This document shows positions 1 to 9,985 of a stretch of 64,000 nucleotides of DNA, piece by piece (positions within the stretch are counted from its first letter, which is position 1; every line of letters starts with the position of its first letter). The notes beneath the pieces were generated by a model. It saw nothing but the letters and a program-made list of their open reading frames with translations. It was not told the DNA's origin and ran no database searches. The DNA lies in assembly GCA_003162245.1 (NCBI GenBank), contig PMMM01000196.1:8900-72899 (forward strand), read 5' to 3'. A program made the position numbers and the translations under genes. Source of the stretch: Phycisphaerales bacterium (lineage in GTDB: Bacteria; Planctomycetota; Phycisphaerae; UBA1845; Fen-1342).

Positions 1-381
1 TTGTACGACCGTGTGGGGCGCGAGCTGGCCTGTGCAGCGCCGCAAGCGTTGCCGGCCGCCTTCTGTGCGCTAGACATGTGTCTGACCCACGCGGTGTACC
101 TCGAGGCGCTCGGCGAGTACCTGGAGCAAGGCGGCCAGTCGCGCGGTTCGTACCTAGTGCTGGACCCGCGCGGCGAGCCTCTGGGCACAAAGCTCGACGA
201 GGAATGGCGCTGCCGGTTGGCGCAACCTGCCGACTTCGTGAGCCAAAAGATCCTGGAGGTCCACGTGACCCCAGATCGGCAGGTGCAGAAACGCTGGGTG
301 GACATCCGGCCGATCCCGGACGTGGATGGCTGGTTCGAGACCGTGTGGAACGACTACCGGCACGATCGGATTGTGCGCTAG
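1..381 (+). CDS. C-terminal fragment of an FAD-dependent oxidoreductase (SdhA/FrdA/NadB-like); 5' end lies outside the window
   Basis: The frame is open from the window edge to TAG 379-381. It contains GGQSRGSY, resembling the E-S/T-R-G-x-H segment of fumarate reductase/aspartate oxidase-type flavoproteins. The family call is by motif recollection only. Confidence 0.35.
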   Translation: MYDRVGRELACAAPQALPAAFCALDMCLTHAVYLEALGEYLEQGGQSRGSYLVLDPRGEPLGTKLDEEWRCRLAQPADFVSQKILEVHVTPDRQVQKRWVDIRPIPDVDGWFETVWNDYRHDRIVR

Positions 382-391
382 GAGCAAGAGG

Positions 392-1177
392 ATGAATAGC
401 CGTGCGGTGGCCTTCGTGACCGGCGCCGGCCGCGGGATCGGACGTGGCATCGCACTCGCGCTGGCGCGCGACGGGTTCGATATCGTCGGCAACGACATTG
501 CGTACAACCCCGGCGAGCGAGCCACCGGCTTGGCCGAGGTGGAGGACCGTATCCGCGAACTGGGCATGGGTTTCCAGCCTGCGCCGGGGGACATCGCGAA
601 CTTGGATGCTCACGACCGTCTGCTCCAGACGGCGCTCCAGCGTTTCGCGCGTGTTGACGTGCTCGTCAACAACGCGGGCATCGCGCCGGAGGCGCGGCGC
701 GATGTGCTCGACACCACGCCCGAGAGCTTTGATCGCGTCCTGGCCGTGAACACGCGTGGCACGTTCTTCCTGACGCAGTGCTTCGCTCGGCAGATGCTTC
801 GCCAGCCGCACGGGCCGGTGTCGCCGGCGATTGTCTTCATCTCTTCGGTTTCGGCCGTGGTGTCGTCGCCGACGCGTGCGGAGTATTGCATCTCAAAGGC
901 GGCGCTCAGCCAGGCGGCGGCGGTGTTTGCCGACCGGCTCGCCGGGGCGGGAATCAACGTCTACGAAGTACGGCCGGGCATCATCGCGACCGACATGACG
1001 GCCGCGGTGAAGACGCAGTATGATGCCCGCATCGCGGCCGGGCTGGTGCCGCAGAAGCGCTGGGGACAGCCCGAGGACGTGGGTCGGGCGGTCGCGGCAC
1101 TGGCGCGCGGTGACTTTGGCTATGCCACCGGCCTGGTGATCGAGCTGAGTGGCGGCATGAACATCCGACATCTGTGA
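392..1177 (+). CDS. Short-chain dehydrogenase/reductase (FabG/KduD-like SDR)
   Basis: ATG 392 follows GGAGCAAGAGG. Motifs present: VTGAGRGIGRGIA Rossmann motif, NNAG, and catalytic YCISKAA (YxxxK). Stop TGA 1175-1177. Confidence 0.85.
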   Translation: MNSRAVAFVTGAGRGIGRGIALALARDGFDIVGNDIAYNPGERATGLAEVEDRIRELGMGFQPAPGDIANLDAHDRLLQTALQRFARVDVLVNNAGIAPEARRDVLDTTPESFDRVLAVNTRGTFFLTQCFARQMLRQPHGPVSPAIVFISSVSAVVSSPTRAEYCISKAALSQAAAVFADRLAGAGINVYEVRPGIIATDMTAAVKTQYDARIAAGLVPQKRWGQPEDVGRAVAALARGDFGYATGLVIELSGGMNIRHL

Positions 1178-1200
1178 CCGGCGGGACAAGGAGGCACGGG

Positions 1201-2943
1201 GTGAACGAATCTCGGCAACTGTGGGAGCGGCTGCAGCAAAGCCGGCTCACAGCGCTGCTAACGCCGGCCAGTGTGGACGCTTGCGTGCGAGCGTACGAGT
1301 CGTTCGAGTCGACCGGCGTAGTCCTGGAGATCGCGTTGCGGACGGATGCGGCTTTGGACGGTATCGCCGCCGTTCGTCGCCGCTATCCGGACGCGTTGCT
1401 GCTCGCCGGCACGGTCCTCACCGCCGCGCAGGCGGAACGGGCCATCGCGGCGGGGGCGGCCGGCGTAGTCTCGCCGGACTATTTTCCCGCGGTCGTGCAA
1501 GCCTGTGTCGCGCACGACGTCATCTGCATCCCCGGCGGCCTCGGCGACGTCGGTAAGCAGCTCGTGCAGAAGGCGGACCTTTACGGTTGCACGCTGCCGG
1601 AGCTGCGAACACGCCACCCCTACCAGTGGGTGCACAAGCTCTTTCCCGTGACAGCGGGCGGCGCGCTGCTGATCGATGTCGCCGCCGCCTGGCAGGCGGT
1701 CTATCCCGACCTGGCAGTGGTCTACACGGGTGGCGTGAGGGCAGATCATCTGGCGGAGATCGTCCGGCGCGACCCGCGCGCGATCATCTGCGGCTCCGCA
1801 CTCACACGCCGGATCGACGACGTTGAGGCGCTGAAGGCAGAGACGCAACGTTGGCTCCGGATCATCCACGGTGGTGCGACGGAGCCCGCCCCGACGGCGG
1901 CTTCGCCGGCGGCCAGCGACCGAACAGCCGTGGTTACCTTCGGCGAAATCATGCTGCGCCTGACACCCCCGCACGGCCGGCGTCTCGGTCAGACCACCAG
2001 CTTTGAAGCGTCGTTCGGCGGGGCCGAGGCCAATGTCGCGGTCGCGCTCGCGCAGTGGGGTGTCGCAGCGCGGTTTGTCACCGCCGTCCCCGACCAGCCG
2101 CTCGGCCAAGCGGCTCTGAACGCCTTGCGCAGTCACGGCGTGAACACGCAGCATGTGTTGCGCCAGGGTACGCGCCTTGGGCTGTATTACCTCGAGGCCG
2201 GTGCCGCGCAGCGGCCGTCGCGGGTGATCTACGACCGGGCGCATTCGGCCATCGCCGAGCTGGAGCCCGGCCAGATCGATTGCGCGGCCGTTCTGAGTGG
2301 GGCTGACTGGTTGCACTGGTCCGGCATCACGCCTGCCCTCGGCGCTTCGGCCGCGGCCGCCACGCGCGAGGTTGTCCAAGCCGCCAAGCAGGCGGGCCTG
2401 ACCGTGAGCCTGGACCTGAACTACCGTGCGCAGCTCTGGTCGCCGGAGCGCGCGCGGGAGGTCTTGACGCCCCTGATGCAGTACGTCGACATCCTCCTGG
2501 GGAATGAGGACGACGCCGCGCAGGTCTTCGGCCTGAAGGCGGCGCGCACGGACGTGGCGGCCGGATCGCTTGACGCGGCGGCCTACTGTGGCGTGTGCGA
2601 GGAGCTGCTCAAGCGCTTCGGCCTGAAGCTGGTGGCCATCTCGCTGCGGGAGAGCTTGTCGGCCTCGGACAATCGCTGGTCAGCGTGCCTGCACGATGGG
2701 CACGAGTTCCATGTCAGCCGGTCGTATCCGATCCACGTCGTGGACCGGGTCGGCAGCGGCGACGCATTTGCGGCGGGGCTCATCTACGCGCTCCGCATCG
2801 GCCGCCGCCACCGGGACGCGCTCGAGTTCGCCGTCGCGGCCTCTTGCTTGAAGCACACGATTCCCGGAGATTTCAACCTCGTGTCGGCAGCGGAGGTCGA
2901 GGCCCTCGCGGCCGGAGCGGCCACCGGTCGGATTCAGCGTTGA
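1201..2943 (+). CDS. Fusion of KDPG/KHG aldolase (Eda-like N-half) and PfkB-family 2-keto-3-deoxygluconate kinase (KdgK-like C-half)
   Basis: GTG 1201 lies 6 nt after AAGGAGG; an alternative GTG 1174 overlaps the upstream stop as GTGA. The N-half carries LEIALRT and HKLFPV (Schiff-base Lys context). An Ala/Pro-rich linker follows. The C-half carries FGEIMLRL, GGAEANVAVALA and DRVGSGDAFAAG PfkB signatures. Confidence 0.8.
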   Translation: MNESRQLWERLQQSRLTALLTPASVDACVRAYESFESTGVVLEIALRTDAALDGIAAVRRRYPDALLLAGTVLTAAQAERAIAAGAAGVVSPDYFPAVVQACVAHDVICIPGGLGDVGKQLVQKADLYGCTLPELRTRHPYQWVHKLFPVTAGGALLIDVAAAWQAVYPDLAVVYTGGVRADHLAEIVRRDPRAIICGSALTRRIDDVEALKAETQRWLRIIHGGATEPAPTAASPAASDRTAVVTFGEIMLRLTPPHGRRLGQTTSFEASFGGAEANVAVALAQWGVAARFVTAVPDQPLGQAALNALRSHGVNTQHVLRQGTRLGLYYLEAGAAQRPSRVIYDRAHSAIAELEPGQIDCAAVLSGADWLHWSGITPALGASAAAATREVVQAAKQAGLTVSLDLNYRAQLWSPERAREVLTPLMQYVDILLGNEDDAAQVFGLKAARTDVAAGSLDAAAYCGVCEELLKRFGLKLVAISLRESLSASDNRWSACLHDGHEFHVSRSYPIHVVDRVGSGDAFAAGLIYALRIGRRHRDALEFAVAASCLKHTIPGDFNLVSAAEVEALAAGAATGRIQR

Positions 2944-3025
2944 CGCAGGAGACCGGCACGGACGTGGACGGGCTCACGACGATGGACGACTGGGGCGGTC
3001 AGGGCGCATAGCAAAGGAGGCAGCG

Positions 3026-5134
3026 TTGCATATCTGCGGCCTGCACGTGCTCGATCTGGGCATCGTCATCCTCTACGTGGCGGCCATCATCTGGATCGGC
3101 AAGCGCGTCAGTCGGCGCACTAAGAACACGGAGGATTTCTACATTGCCGGCCGCAAGCTGGGCGGCTTCTACCAGTTCTTCCTCAACTTCGGGACATCGA
3201 CGAGCGCGGACCAGGCCGTCGCCGTCGCGCGCGAGACCTACCGCCAGGGCATCGGCGGAATGTGGATCCAGTTCCTGGTCTTGTTTCTGACGCCTTTCTA
3301 CTGGTTCACCACGCTGCTGTTCCGCCGCTGCCGGCTGATCACCATCGGCGACTTCTTTGCCGAGCGTTTCGGCAGCCGCTTCCTCGCCGCCGCCTTTGCC
3401 GTGTTCACGCTGACCATGGCCTTCATCGGCAGCGGCGTGAGCTACATGATTGCCGGCAAGATGGTGCTGGCGCTCACGCCCAAGCCGGAGAGCGCCTACA
3501 CGGAATCCGAGCGGACGGCGGTCGCCAGGTTTCGCGAATACCAGCAACTCAAGGCGGAGCTGCCCCGGGGGCTCTCGCCGGAGCGTCAGGCACGTTACGA
3601 GGAGCTCAGCGATCGGGCCAAACGTGGCGAGCTGTTGTCGTTCGCATCGTACATCGATCGGCGCATCATCTACATCGCGTACGCCCTGGTCGTGGCCACC
3701 TACATCGGACTCGGTGGTTTCTCGGCGGCGGCGATCGCCGATGCGCTGCAGGGCTTCCTGATCCTGATCTTCTCGATCGCGCTGATCCCGCTCGGGCTAA
3801 GCCGGATCGGCGGTTTCGCGGGCCTGCACGCCGCGGTGCCGGACTACATGTTCCGCGTATTCGGATCGGCGGCCACCAGCGAGTACGCCTGGTACACCAT
3901 CGTTGGCATGTCGCTCGCCAACTTGGTTTCGATCGTTGCCGCCGCGCCGATGATGGCGACGGCCGGCTCGGCGAAAGACGAGATGACGGCCCGCGTGGGC
4001 ATGCTGGGCGGTATGTTCTGCAAGCGCGTCATCATGTTGTTCTGGGCTTTGGCGGGCCTGCTGGCGGTCGGCCTTTACGCGGGTCAGATTCATGACGCGG
4101 ACCTCGTCTGGGGCTACATGACCCGCGACCTGCTGTTCCCGGGCGGGATCGGGCTCATGCTCACCGGCGTGCTGGCGGCGAGCATGTCGGCGCTCGGCGC
4201 GCAGGCCGTCACCAACTCCGCTTTGTTCGTGCGCAACCTGTATCAGCCGCTGGCGCCCGGCCGATCTGAAGGGCATTACATCGCCGTCAGTCGCGCGGTG
4301 ATCGCGGCCATTCTGCTCGGCGGCATCGTGACCGCGCTATACGCCGACAACCTGCTCAATCTGTTCAAGTACTTCATCTCCGTGCCGGCCGTGTTCGGCG
4401 CGGCGATTTGGCTTGGCTTCACTTGGCGCCGCGTGACCAGGTGGGCCGCCATCATTCAGGTATTCGTTTGCTTCACGCTGTACGCGATCATTCCCAACCT
4501 GTTTCCCGCGGTGGACGGCATTCGGCGAAACCCGGCGTTCCTCCGCGAGACCAAGTCGCGGACGATCACGGTCGCCACGGCCGCGCTGACCGAAGATGTC
4601 GCCGCTGGACGAGCCGACCGCGTGGGCCAGACCATCCGCAAGCCGCACTTGCTGGAGCCGGCCGGGATCTTCTTTGAGGACGTGGTCCGGGCCGATCCAA
4701 CCGACCCGCAGTCGCCCAAGGTCGGCCGCGGCCGTTTCCAAGCGGAAATCTGGCTCTTGTCCTGGTTCGGGCTCGATTTCGGCGGGTGCAGCAAGGCGCA
4801 GCTCGTGGCGATCCGCTTTTTCGTGGACGCCCTGCTGCCATTTGTGCTGCTCTTTGCCCTAAGCACGTTGACGCAGCCGGTCCGCACGCCGGACCTGGAC
4901 CGCTTCTTTGGCAAGCTGCACACGCCCGTCCAGCCGACGCCGGCGGCCGAACAGGCGGCCCTGGCGCAAGCCGCCGCGCAGCCCGATCTCTATAAACACC
5001 AGAAGTTGTGGCCACGATCGGGTTGGGAAATCCTGAAACCGTCGTGGCTGGATGTGGCCGGTTTCGGCGGAAGCTGGGTCTTGGTAGGCGGCGTGCTGCT
5101 TCTGCTGTGGCTGCTCGTGACCATTGGCACATGA
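3026..5134 (+). CDS. Sodium:solute symporter family (SSF) transporter
   Basis: TTG 3026 lies 5 nt after AAAGGAGG. The 702-aa protein is multi-TM with an N-terminal FYIAGRKLGG SSF-type motif, many hydrophobic helices and a charged insert (residues ~150-200). Confidence 0.8.
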   Translation: MHICGLHVLDLGIVILYVAAIIWIGKRVSRRTKNTEDFYIAGRKLGGFYQFFLNFGTSTSADQAVAVARETYRQGIGGMWIQFLVLFLTPFYWFTTLLFRRCRLITIGDFFAERFGSRFLAAAFAVFTLTMAFIGSGVSYMIAGKMVLALTPKPESAYTESERTAVARFREYQQLKAELPRGLSPERQARYEELSDRAKRGELLSFASYIDRRIIYIAYALVVATYIGLGGFSAAAIADALQGFLILIFSIALIPLGLSRIGGFAGLHAAVPDYMFRVFGSAATSEYAWYTIVGMSLANLVSIVAAAPMMATAGSAKDEMTARVGMLGGMFCKRVIMLFWALAGLLAVGLYAGQIHDADLVWGYMTRDLLFPGGIGLMLTGVLAASMSALGAQAVTNSALFVRNLYQPLAPGRSEGHYIAVSRAVIAAILLGGIVTALYADNLLNLFKYFISVPAVFGAAIWLGFTWRRVTRWAAIIQVFVCFTLYAIIPNLFPAVDGIRRNPAFLRETKSRTITVATAALTEDVAAGRADRVGQTIRKPHLLEPAGIFFEDVVRADPTDPQSPKVGRGRFQAEIWLLSWFGLDFGGCSKAQLVAIRFFVDALLPFVLLFALSTLTQPVRTPDLDRFFGKLHTPVQPTPAAEQAALAQAAAQPDLYKHQKLWPRSGWEILKPSWLDVAGFGGSWVLVGGVLLLLWLLVTIGT

Positions 5135-5156
5135 CCGGCGGGGACGGAGCGAGGCC

Positions 5157-6467
5157 ATGTCGAACACAGAACTGCGCGATCGGCGCCGCTTCCTACACGA
5201 ATGCGCCGGCGTGGTCGCCGCGACGGCAGTCGCCGGCATCTCTGGCTGCGCGTCGCCGTCCGGCTCGAATGACTGGACCAACCTCGCTCGGGCCCGTGAT
5301 GGTCGTGACGACGATAGACTCTGGCGGCTCGTCCGACAGCAGTTTGCTCTGACGCCAGGCTATGCCTATTTCAACGCCGGGGGCCTCGGGCCGTCGCCAC
5401 GACCGGTCACGGATGCGTGGGTGCGCGAATCCGCCGATCTGGAGCGCCTCTGCGAGACCGGACACGAACGCATCCAGGCGGTCCGCCGCAAGTTGAGCGA
5501 GTTTCTGGGCTGTGCCGAGGACGAACTGGCGATCACACGCAACGCCACGGAAGGCATGAACCTCGTCGCGCGGGGCCTGGCGCTCCACGCCGGCGACGAA
5601 GTACTGATCACCACCCACGAGCACCCGGGCGGCGCTATACCGTGGTTGGCGTTAGAGAAAGACAGCGGCATTCGCGTGAATCTCGTCGAGCCGGGCGACG
5701 GAGCCGAGGACACGCTGAACCGCGTCGCCGCGGCGATCACGCCGCGCACCCGCGTGGTGGCGGTCAGTCATATCCTCTGCACGACCGGCCTGCGTCTGCC
5801 CGCGCGCGAGATCGTGCGACTCTGCCGGGATAGGGGGGTCATTCCCGTGCTGGACGGCGCGCAGGCCGTCGGCATGATTCCCGTGAACCTGCATGATCTT
5901 GGCTGCGATTTCTACGTGGCGTCCGGGCACAAGTGGCTGCTCGGACCCAAGGGCACGGGACTGCTGTATATCCGCGCGGAGGCCCGCGACCTTTGGCGCC
6001 CGACACACGTGGGGGCCTGGTCCGATCAACGGTACGACCTCGACGAGCGCGTGCTCGAATTCCGTCGCGCGGCCGAGGTCGTCGAGTGCGGCACGCGCAA
6101 CACGGCGTTGGTTGCCGGACTGGGCGCGGCCGTCGACTTCCTGAGTACGCTCGGCATGGAACGTGTCGCCCGCCGGGGCCGCGTGCTGGCGCTGTATGTC
6201 AGGCAGCGGCTGCACGACGTGCCGGCACTCCAGATGTTGACGCCGAGCGACGAGGCCTCATCCGCCTCGATCGTCACGTTTGCGGCGGAAGATGAGGCCG
6301 TCGACGTCAGGACTTGGGCTCAGCCGCTGCAACAGCGTTTCAACGTGCGCGTGCGCCCCGTGGGTGAACACGGGTTGAAGGCGTTGCGCGTATGTACGCA
6401 TATCTGCAATACGCGCGCGGAAATCGATCGGCTGGTGGCCGCCTTATCCGAAATGTCCGCCGCGTGA
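5157..6467 (+). CDS. Class V aminotransferase-fold PLP enzyme (cysteine desulfurase / isopenicillin-N epimerase-like), Tat signal plus lipobox
   Basis: ATG 5157 follows GGAGCGAGG. The N-terminus DRRRFLHECAGVVAATAVAGISGC matches a twin-arginine motif followed by an I-S-G-C lipobox. The PLP-lysine context ASGHKWLLGPKGTG is present. Confidence 0.8.
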   Translation: MSNTELRDRRRFLHECAGVVAATAVAGISGCASPSGSNDWTNLARARDGRDDDRLWRLVRQQFALTPGYAYFNAGGLGPSPRPVTDAWVRESADLERLCETGHERIQAVRRKLSEFLGCAEDELAITRNATEGMNLVARGLALHAGDEVLITTHEHPGGAIPWLALEKDSGIRVNLVEPGDGAEDTLNRVAAAITPRTRVVAVSHILCTTGLRLPAREIVRLCRDRGVIPVLDGAQAVGMIPVNLHDLGCDFYVASGHKWLLGPKGTGLLYIRAEARDLWRPTHVGAWSDQRYDLDERVLEFRRAAEVVECGTRNTALVAGLGAAVDFLSTLGMERVARRGRVLALYVRQRLHDVPALQMLTPSDEASSASIVTFAAEDEAVDVRTWAQPLQQRFNVRVRPVGEHGLKALRVCTHICNTRAEIDRLVAALSEMSAA

Positions 6468-6500
6468 CCGTCGGCCTCTGGCAACAAGCGAGGTGTATCC

Positions 6501-8774
6501 ATGAGCCGTCGTAACCATTGGGCCGTACTCGTGGCGTGTGGTGTCGCCCTGACGACGCACGCCGAGCCGCGTCAGGCGTACCTTGATCTCGCCAAGTCCG
6601 TCTACAGCGAGGGACGAGAGACCTGTCGCGAAGAAGTGGAAAAATGGCTCAAGGAATGGAAACCCCAGAAGGAGTCGGGCTACGCACCCCCGGCGGCCCC
6701 GGTGTGGCTGTCCGGTCTGGCCGGCGCGCTGTACGACCTGACGGAGAATGAGGAATACGCCGAGGAGGCCGCCTCCTGGATGGCGGAGCATCACCGCTTC
6801 AAGAGCAACTACCCCGCGTCCATGCTCCAGGAACGGGCCGAGTACGCCGAGGGCCTGCCGACGCTGACGAATTTCTTCCATTTGCCCGTGTTCGCGCAGG
6901 CGTATCTGCACATCAGAAACAGCCCCGCGGTCACGGCCGAGCGTCGCGCGCAGATCGAGGCGAGTATCGCGGAAAGTGCGGACTTCATCCGCAACGATCC
7001 CGAATGGGGGCCGATGAACCGTACGATTCTGCGGGCCCAGGCGCTGGCCTTGGCGGCCAAGGCCGTGCCGGATCATCCTCACGCTGCGGCCTGGCGAAAG
7101 CTGGCGGCCGTGCTCGCGCGTGACAGTTGGGCCCAGTGGGAGGAGGAGGATGCCGAGATCTACCACCCGGTCTGGCTCCTGGCACTGATCCAATACGCCG
7201 ATGCGGTCGACGACTCCAGTCTTTTCACTCAGCACACGGTACGCTACTACAGCGACTACTTCCTGCATCTGCTGTCGCCCGCGGGCATGGTCCCGGATTT
7301 CGGCGACGCACGCTGGAACGAGAACTGGTCCCTCTACGTCGCCTGCCTCGAGCGGGCCGCACGGGAGTACCACAATCCGCAACTCAAGTGGGGCGCGGCG
7401 CGCATCTTCACGGCGATGACCAAGGAGTACGGTTCCCAGATTGGTTTGCCGGCCGGCCTGACGCTGATGTACGCCTACCGCTGGGCCGACGACGACCTGG
7501 CGCCCGAAGCACCCACGGCGCGCAGCGAGGAAGTCCTCGAAGAGCTGATTGGTAAGAAGATCGTCTTTCGCACCGGCTGGGACCCCGAGTCCACGTATCT
7601 GCTGCTCAACTACCGCGACGAAGGCCTGTTTGCGCGCACGCCCCGCGACTTTCTGCGTCAGACGATTCTCGCCGAGGAAGAGCGCATGCACCATGCCCAC
7701 TCGGACGAGAACGGCATTTGCCTGCTCATGGACAAGGGCGCGGTGCTGCTCCATGACGCCGGTTATCGCGACAAGATGCCCTCGGGGCCGTACGGCGCCT
7801 ATCGCGCCGACTACTTCCACAATCGTCTGGTCGCCCGCAAGAACGCGCGCGACCGCGACCAGCCGCTCTATGAGTTTCTGCGCAACTCCGGGGCCTACAA
7901 CCAAACCACAACGGAGAAGCTGGACTTCTTCGTGTTCCCGGCCGTGGAGATGAGCCGCACTCGGCTGAACGATCCGCGCACTGGCTACACCGCCGATCGC
8001 GTGATCGTGTATCTGAAGCAGAACGACATCTTCCTGGTGTTTGACTGCGTGAAGATCCTGAGTACTGACTTCTACACGTTCGCGACCCTGTGGCACGGAA
8101 CCACGGTGCGCGAGCTTAGCCCCCAGCACTACGTGACGTCCGTGGACGCCATCGGGGCTTACCGCCCGGCGCAAACGCAGGCGCTGCTGATCGACTTCCT
8201 GGTGGCCGATGGACGCCCCACCGGGACATTCCCCATCAAACGCTACTGGCAGGACGAAACTGCCGTCTACCAGGCGATTTCCAGCCAGTACCAGGCCGGT
8301 CACACGGAGACGTTTGTGACCGCGCTCGTGCCGCATCCGCGCGGCGCGGACGTGCAGCCCCTGCTCGACTCGATTCAACTGCTCGACGTGGACAAGCCAC
8401 GCAACGGCGTCGGCGTCGCGGTGAAGCAGGGAAACGACGTGCAGTACATCTGCGTCAAGGTCGACCTGGACATGGATGTCGTTCCGGAGGACGTCCGGCC
8501 ACGGTACACGTTCGACGCGGGACGCATCAAGTATGGCCCAGTGGAAACGGACGCGAGCTTCCTGTACGCGCGGCGCTCCGGCGACACGCTGTCCTACGCA
8601 GCCACCAACATGGTGAAGGTGGTCTACGATGGCCGGGTCGTGTTCGCCGCGCGCCCGGCCACGTTCCCCCTGCAGGCGCACGGTCCGTCCACACGCTGTG
8701 CGCCGCTCAAGTGGCGCTCCTGGGAGGACACGCTCGACCTGCGTCAGCTCGAAACCGCGCCGTGCTGGCCCTGA
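6501..8774 (+). CDS. Secreted heparinase II/III-like polysaccharide lyase family protein
   Basis: Sec signal MSRRNHWAVLVACGVALTTHA. The N-region is helical (alpha/alpha toroid-like). HHAHSDENGICLLMDKGAVLLHDAGY resembles the HxH-D...D-x-G-x-x-Y block of the heparinase II/III C-domain. Confidence 0.6.
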   Translation: MSRRNHWAVLVACGVALTTHAEPRQAYLDLAKSVYSEGRETCREEVEKWLKEWKPQKESGYAPPAAPVWLSGLAGALYDLTENEEYAEEAASWMAEHHRFKSNYPASMLQERAEYAEGLPTLTNFFHLPVFAQAYLHIRNSPAVTAERRAQIEASIAESADFIRNDPEWGPMNRTILRAQALALAAKAVPDHPHAAAWRKLAAVLARDSWAQWEEEDAEIYHPVWLLALIQYADAVDDSSLFTQHTVRYYSDYFLHLLSPAGMVPDFGDARWNENWSLYVACLERAAREYHNPQLKWGAARIFTAMTKEYGSQIGLPAGLTLMYAYRWADDDLAPEAPTARSEEVLEELIGKKIVFRTGWDPESTYLLLNYRDEGLFARTPRDFLRQTILAEEERMHHAHSDENGICLLMDKGAVLLHDAGYRDKMPSGPYGAYRADYFHNRLVARKNARDRDQPLYEFLRNSGAYNQTTTEKLDFFVFPAVEMSRTRLNDPRTGYTADRVIVYLKQNDIFLVFDCVKILSTDFYTFATLWHGTTVRELSPQHYVTSVDAIGAYRPAQTQALLIDFLVADGRPTGTFPIKRYWQDETAVYQAISSQYQAGHTETFVTALVPHPRGADVQPLLDSIQLLDVDKPRNGVGVAVKQGNDVQYICVKVDLDMDVVPEDVRPRYTFDAGRIKYGPVETDASFLYARRSGDTLSYAATNMVKVVYDGRVVFAARPATFPLQAHGPSTRCAPLKWRSWEDTLDLRQLETAPCWP

Positions 8775-9985
8775 GCGCCGCTGGGAAAGTACTTGTAGCC
8801 ACGCAGATCGACACGCCGTCCTGCGCGGGCCCAGCCCACGCCTGCCTCGCTGGGCAGCCGGCCCGCGGCGTAACACTGCCGCAGCGTCTCGCCCAGCCCC
8901 GCCACCCAAGTCAGGCGCCGCGGCGACTCGCCTTGCACGTGGACCAGCTCGCGGGGGAAATCGACAGGGGCGCCGGCGGAGTCCTGTGCGCCATTGGCGC
9001 ATAGGGTTTGCGACCGCGCTGCTTCCAGCCCGCAGGGTATCGTCCCGTGCCCGGACAAAGCGGCGAGGCAGGTCCACAGCTTGGTGACCTGCGGCTCATC
9101 GTTCGGCCCACCGTAGTTGCGACGCGACCCGTCGCTCAGCCGCGCGACGATCGGGCTTTGGCCGGTCGTGTGCGTCACAGTGGCCTGCTCGAACTCAAAG
9201 CAGAACTCCGGACCGCTGTCTTCGGCCACGGCGTGCGATCCGTAGAAGAGAATTTCGGCGCCGCCCTCGGTATGCACACGCAGCGCAGCGGTATCGAAAT
9301 TCTCAATGTCGTTCGCGCGGTGAAGCTCCGCGACGACGTCCACTGGCTGGGCACTGGCATCGACCCGCGGGCCGAGCAAGTAGAGCATGTTGTGCAGGTC
9401 GTGCGCCATGGCGTTGTTGGCCGGGCTGTCCAGGACCCACGTGCCACGCGCGTCGCGCTGCCGGCCCGCCCAGTTGTTGCGCTGGTAGTAGATTTCGTCG
9501 CGCGGCCACAGGCACAGGCTTCTCAGCCGCCTGGGAGCGCCGAAGTGTCCGGCCAGAATGTCCTGCTTGAGCCGCTGAATGGGCGTCGAGAACGACCACT
9601 GATAGCCGACGGCCACCTGCTTGCCGGCCCGGTCACGCGCGCGGATCATGCGGTCCACGTCCTGCACGGTGGCCGCGACCGGCTTTTCGCACAACACGTG
9701 ACTGCCATGCGACAGCGCCAGGCAGGTCTGCGAGCAATGGCGGTGTATCGGCGACGAAAGGACGGCCAGCTCGGCGGCCCTGGACCGGTAGAACTGCTGC
9801 AAGGACCTGTAGATCGGCACGCCGCGCGCCTGTAGCTCGGCCAATCGCGCGCAGTTCTGCGGCGCCGGGTCCACGCCGGCGACCAGCCGAAAACGCGCGT
9901 CATCGCGTTGGTCCAGCAGCGCCGCCAGGTACACTTGTCCGTAGCCGCCGAGGCCGGCCAGCACAATCGAAATCGGTTCAGGCAT
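8744..9985 (-). CDS. Gfo/Idh/MocA family NAD(P)-dependent oxidoreductase
   Basis: N-terminal Rossmann segment IVLAGLGGYG and the family motif LCEKPVA. The start overlaps the upstream GH38 stop by 8 nt. The 3' end overlaps the convergent lyase gene by 31 nt. Confidence 0.8.
   Translation of the reverse strand: MPEPISIVLAGLGGYGQVYLAALLDQRDDARFRLVAGVDPAPQNCARLAELQARGVPIYRSLQQFYRSRAAELAVLSSPIHRHCSQTCLALSHGSHVLCEKPVAATVQDVDRMIRARDRAGKQVAVGYQWSFSTPIQRLKQDILAGHFGAPRRLRSLCLWPRDEIYYQRNNWAGRQRDARGTWVLDSPANNAMAHDLHNMLYLLGPRVDASAQPVDVVAELHRANDIENFDTAALRVHTEGGAEILFYGSHAVAEDSGPEFCFEFEQATVTHTTGQSPIVARLSDGSRRNYGGPNDEPQVTKLWTCLAALSGHGTIPCGLEAARSQTLCANGAQDSAGAPVDFPRELVHVQGESPRRLTWVAGLGETLRQCYAAGRLPSEAGVGWARAGRRVDLRGYKYFPSGAQGQHGAVSS

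Noticed and set aside
6444-9077. Very long ORFs in the supplied track. Examples: 6444-9077(-), 26335-28443(+), 32322-33656(-), 38047-39954(+), 42699-44453(-), 45926-47506(-), 49703-50929(-), 54406-56142(+), 57699-59114(-).
   Set aside because: Each lies antisense to a gene with clear family motifs. Their translations are Arg/Gly/Pro/Ala-rich low-complexity strings with no recognisable domains. Stop-codon depletion on the antisense strand is expected at this GC content.
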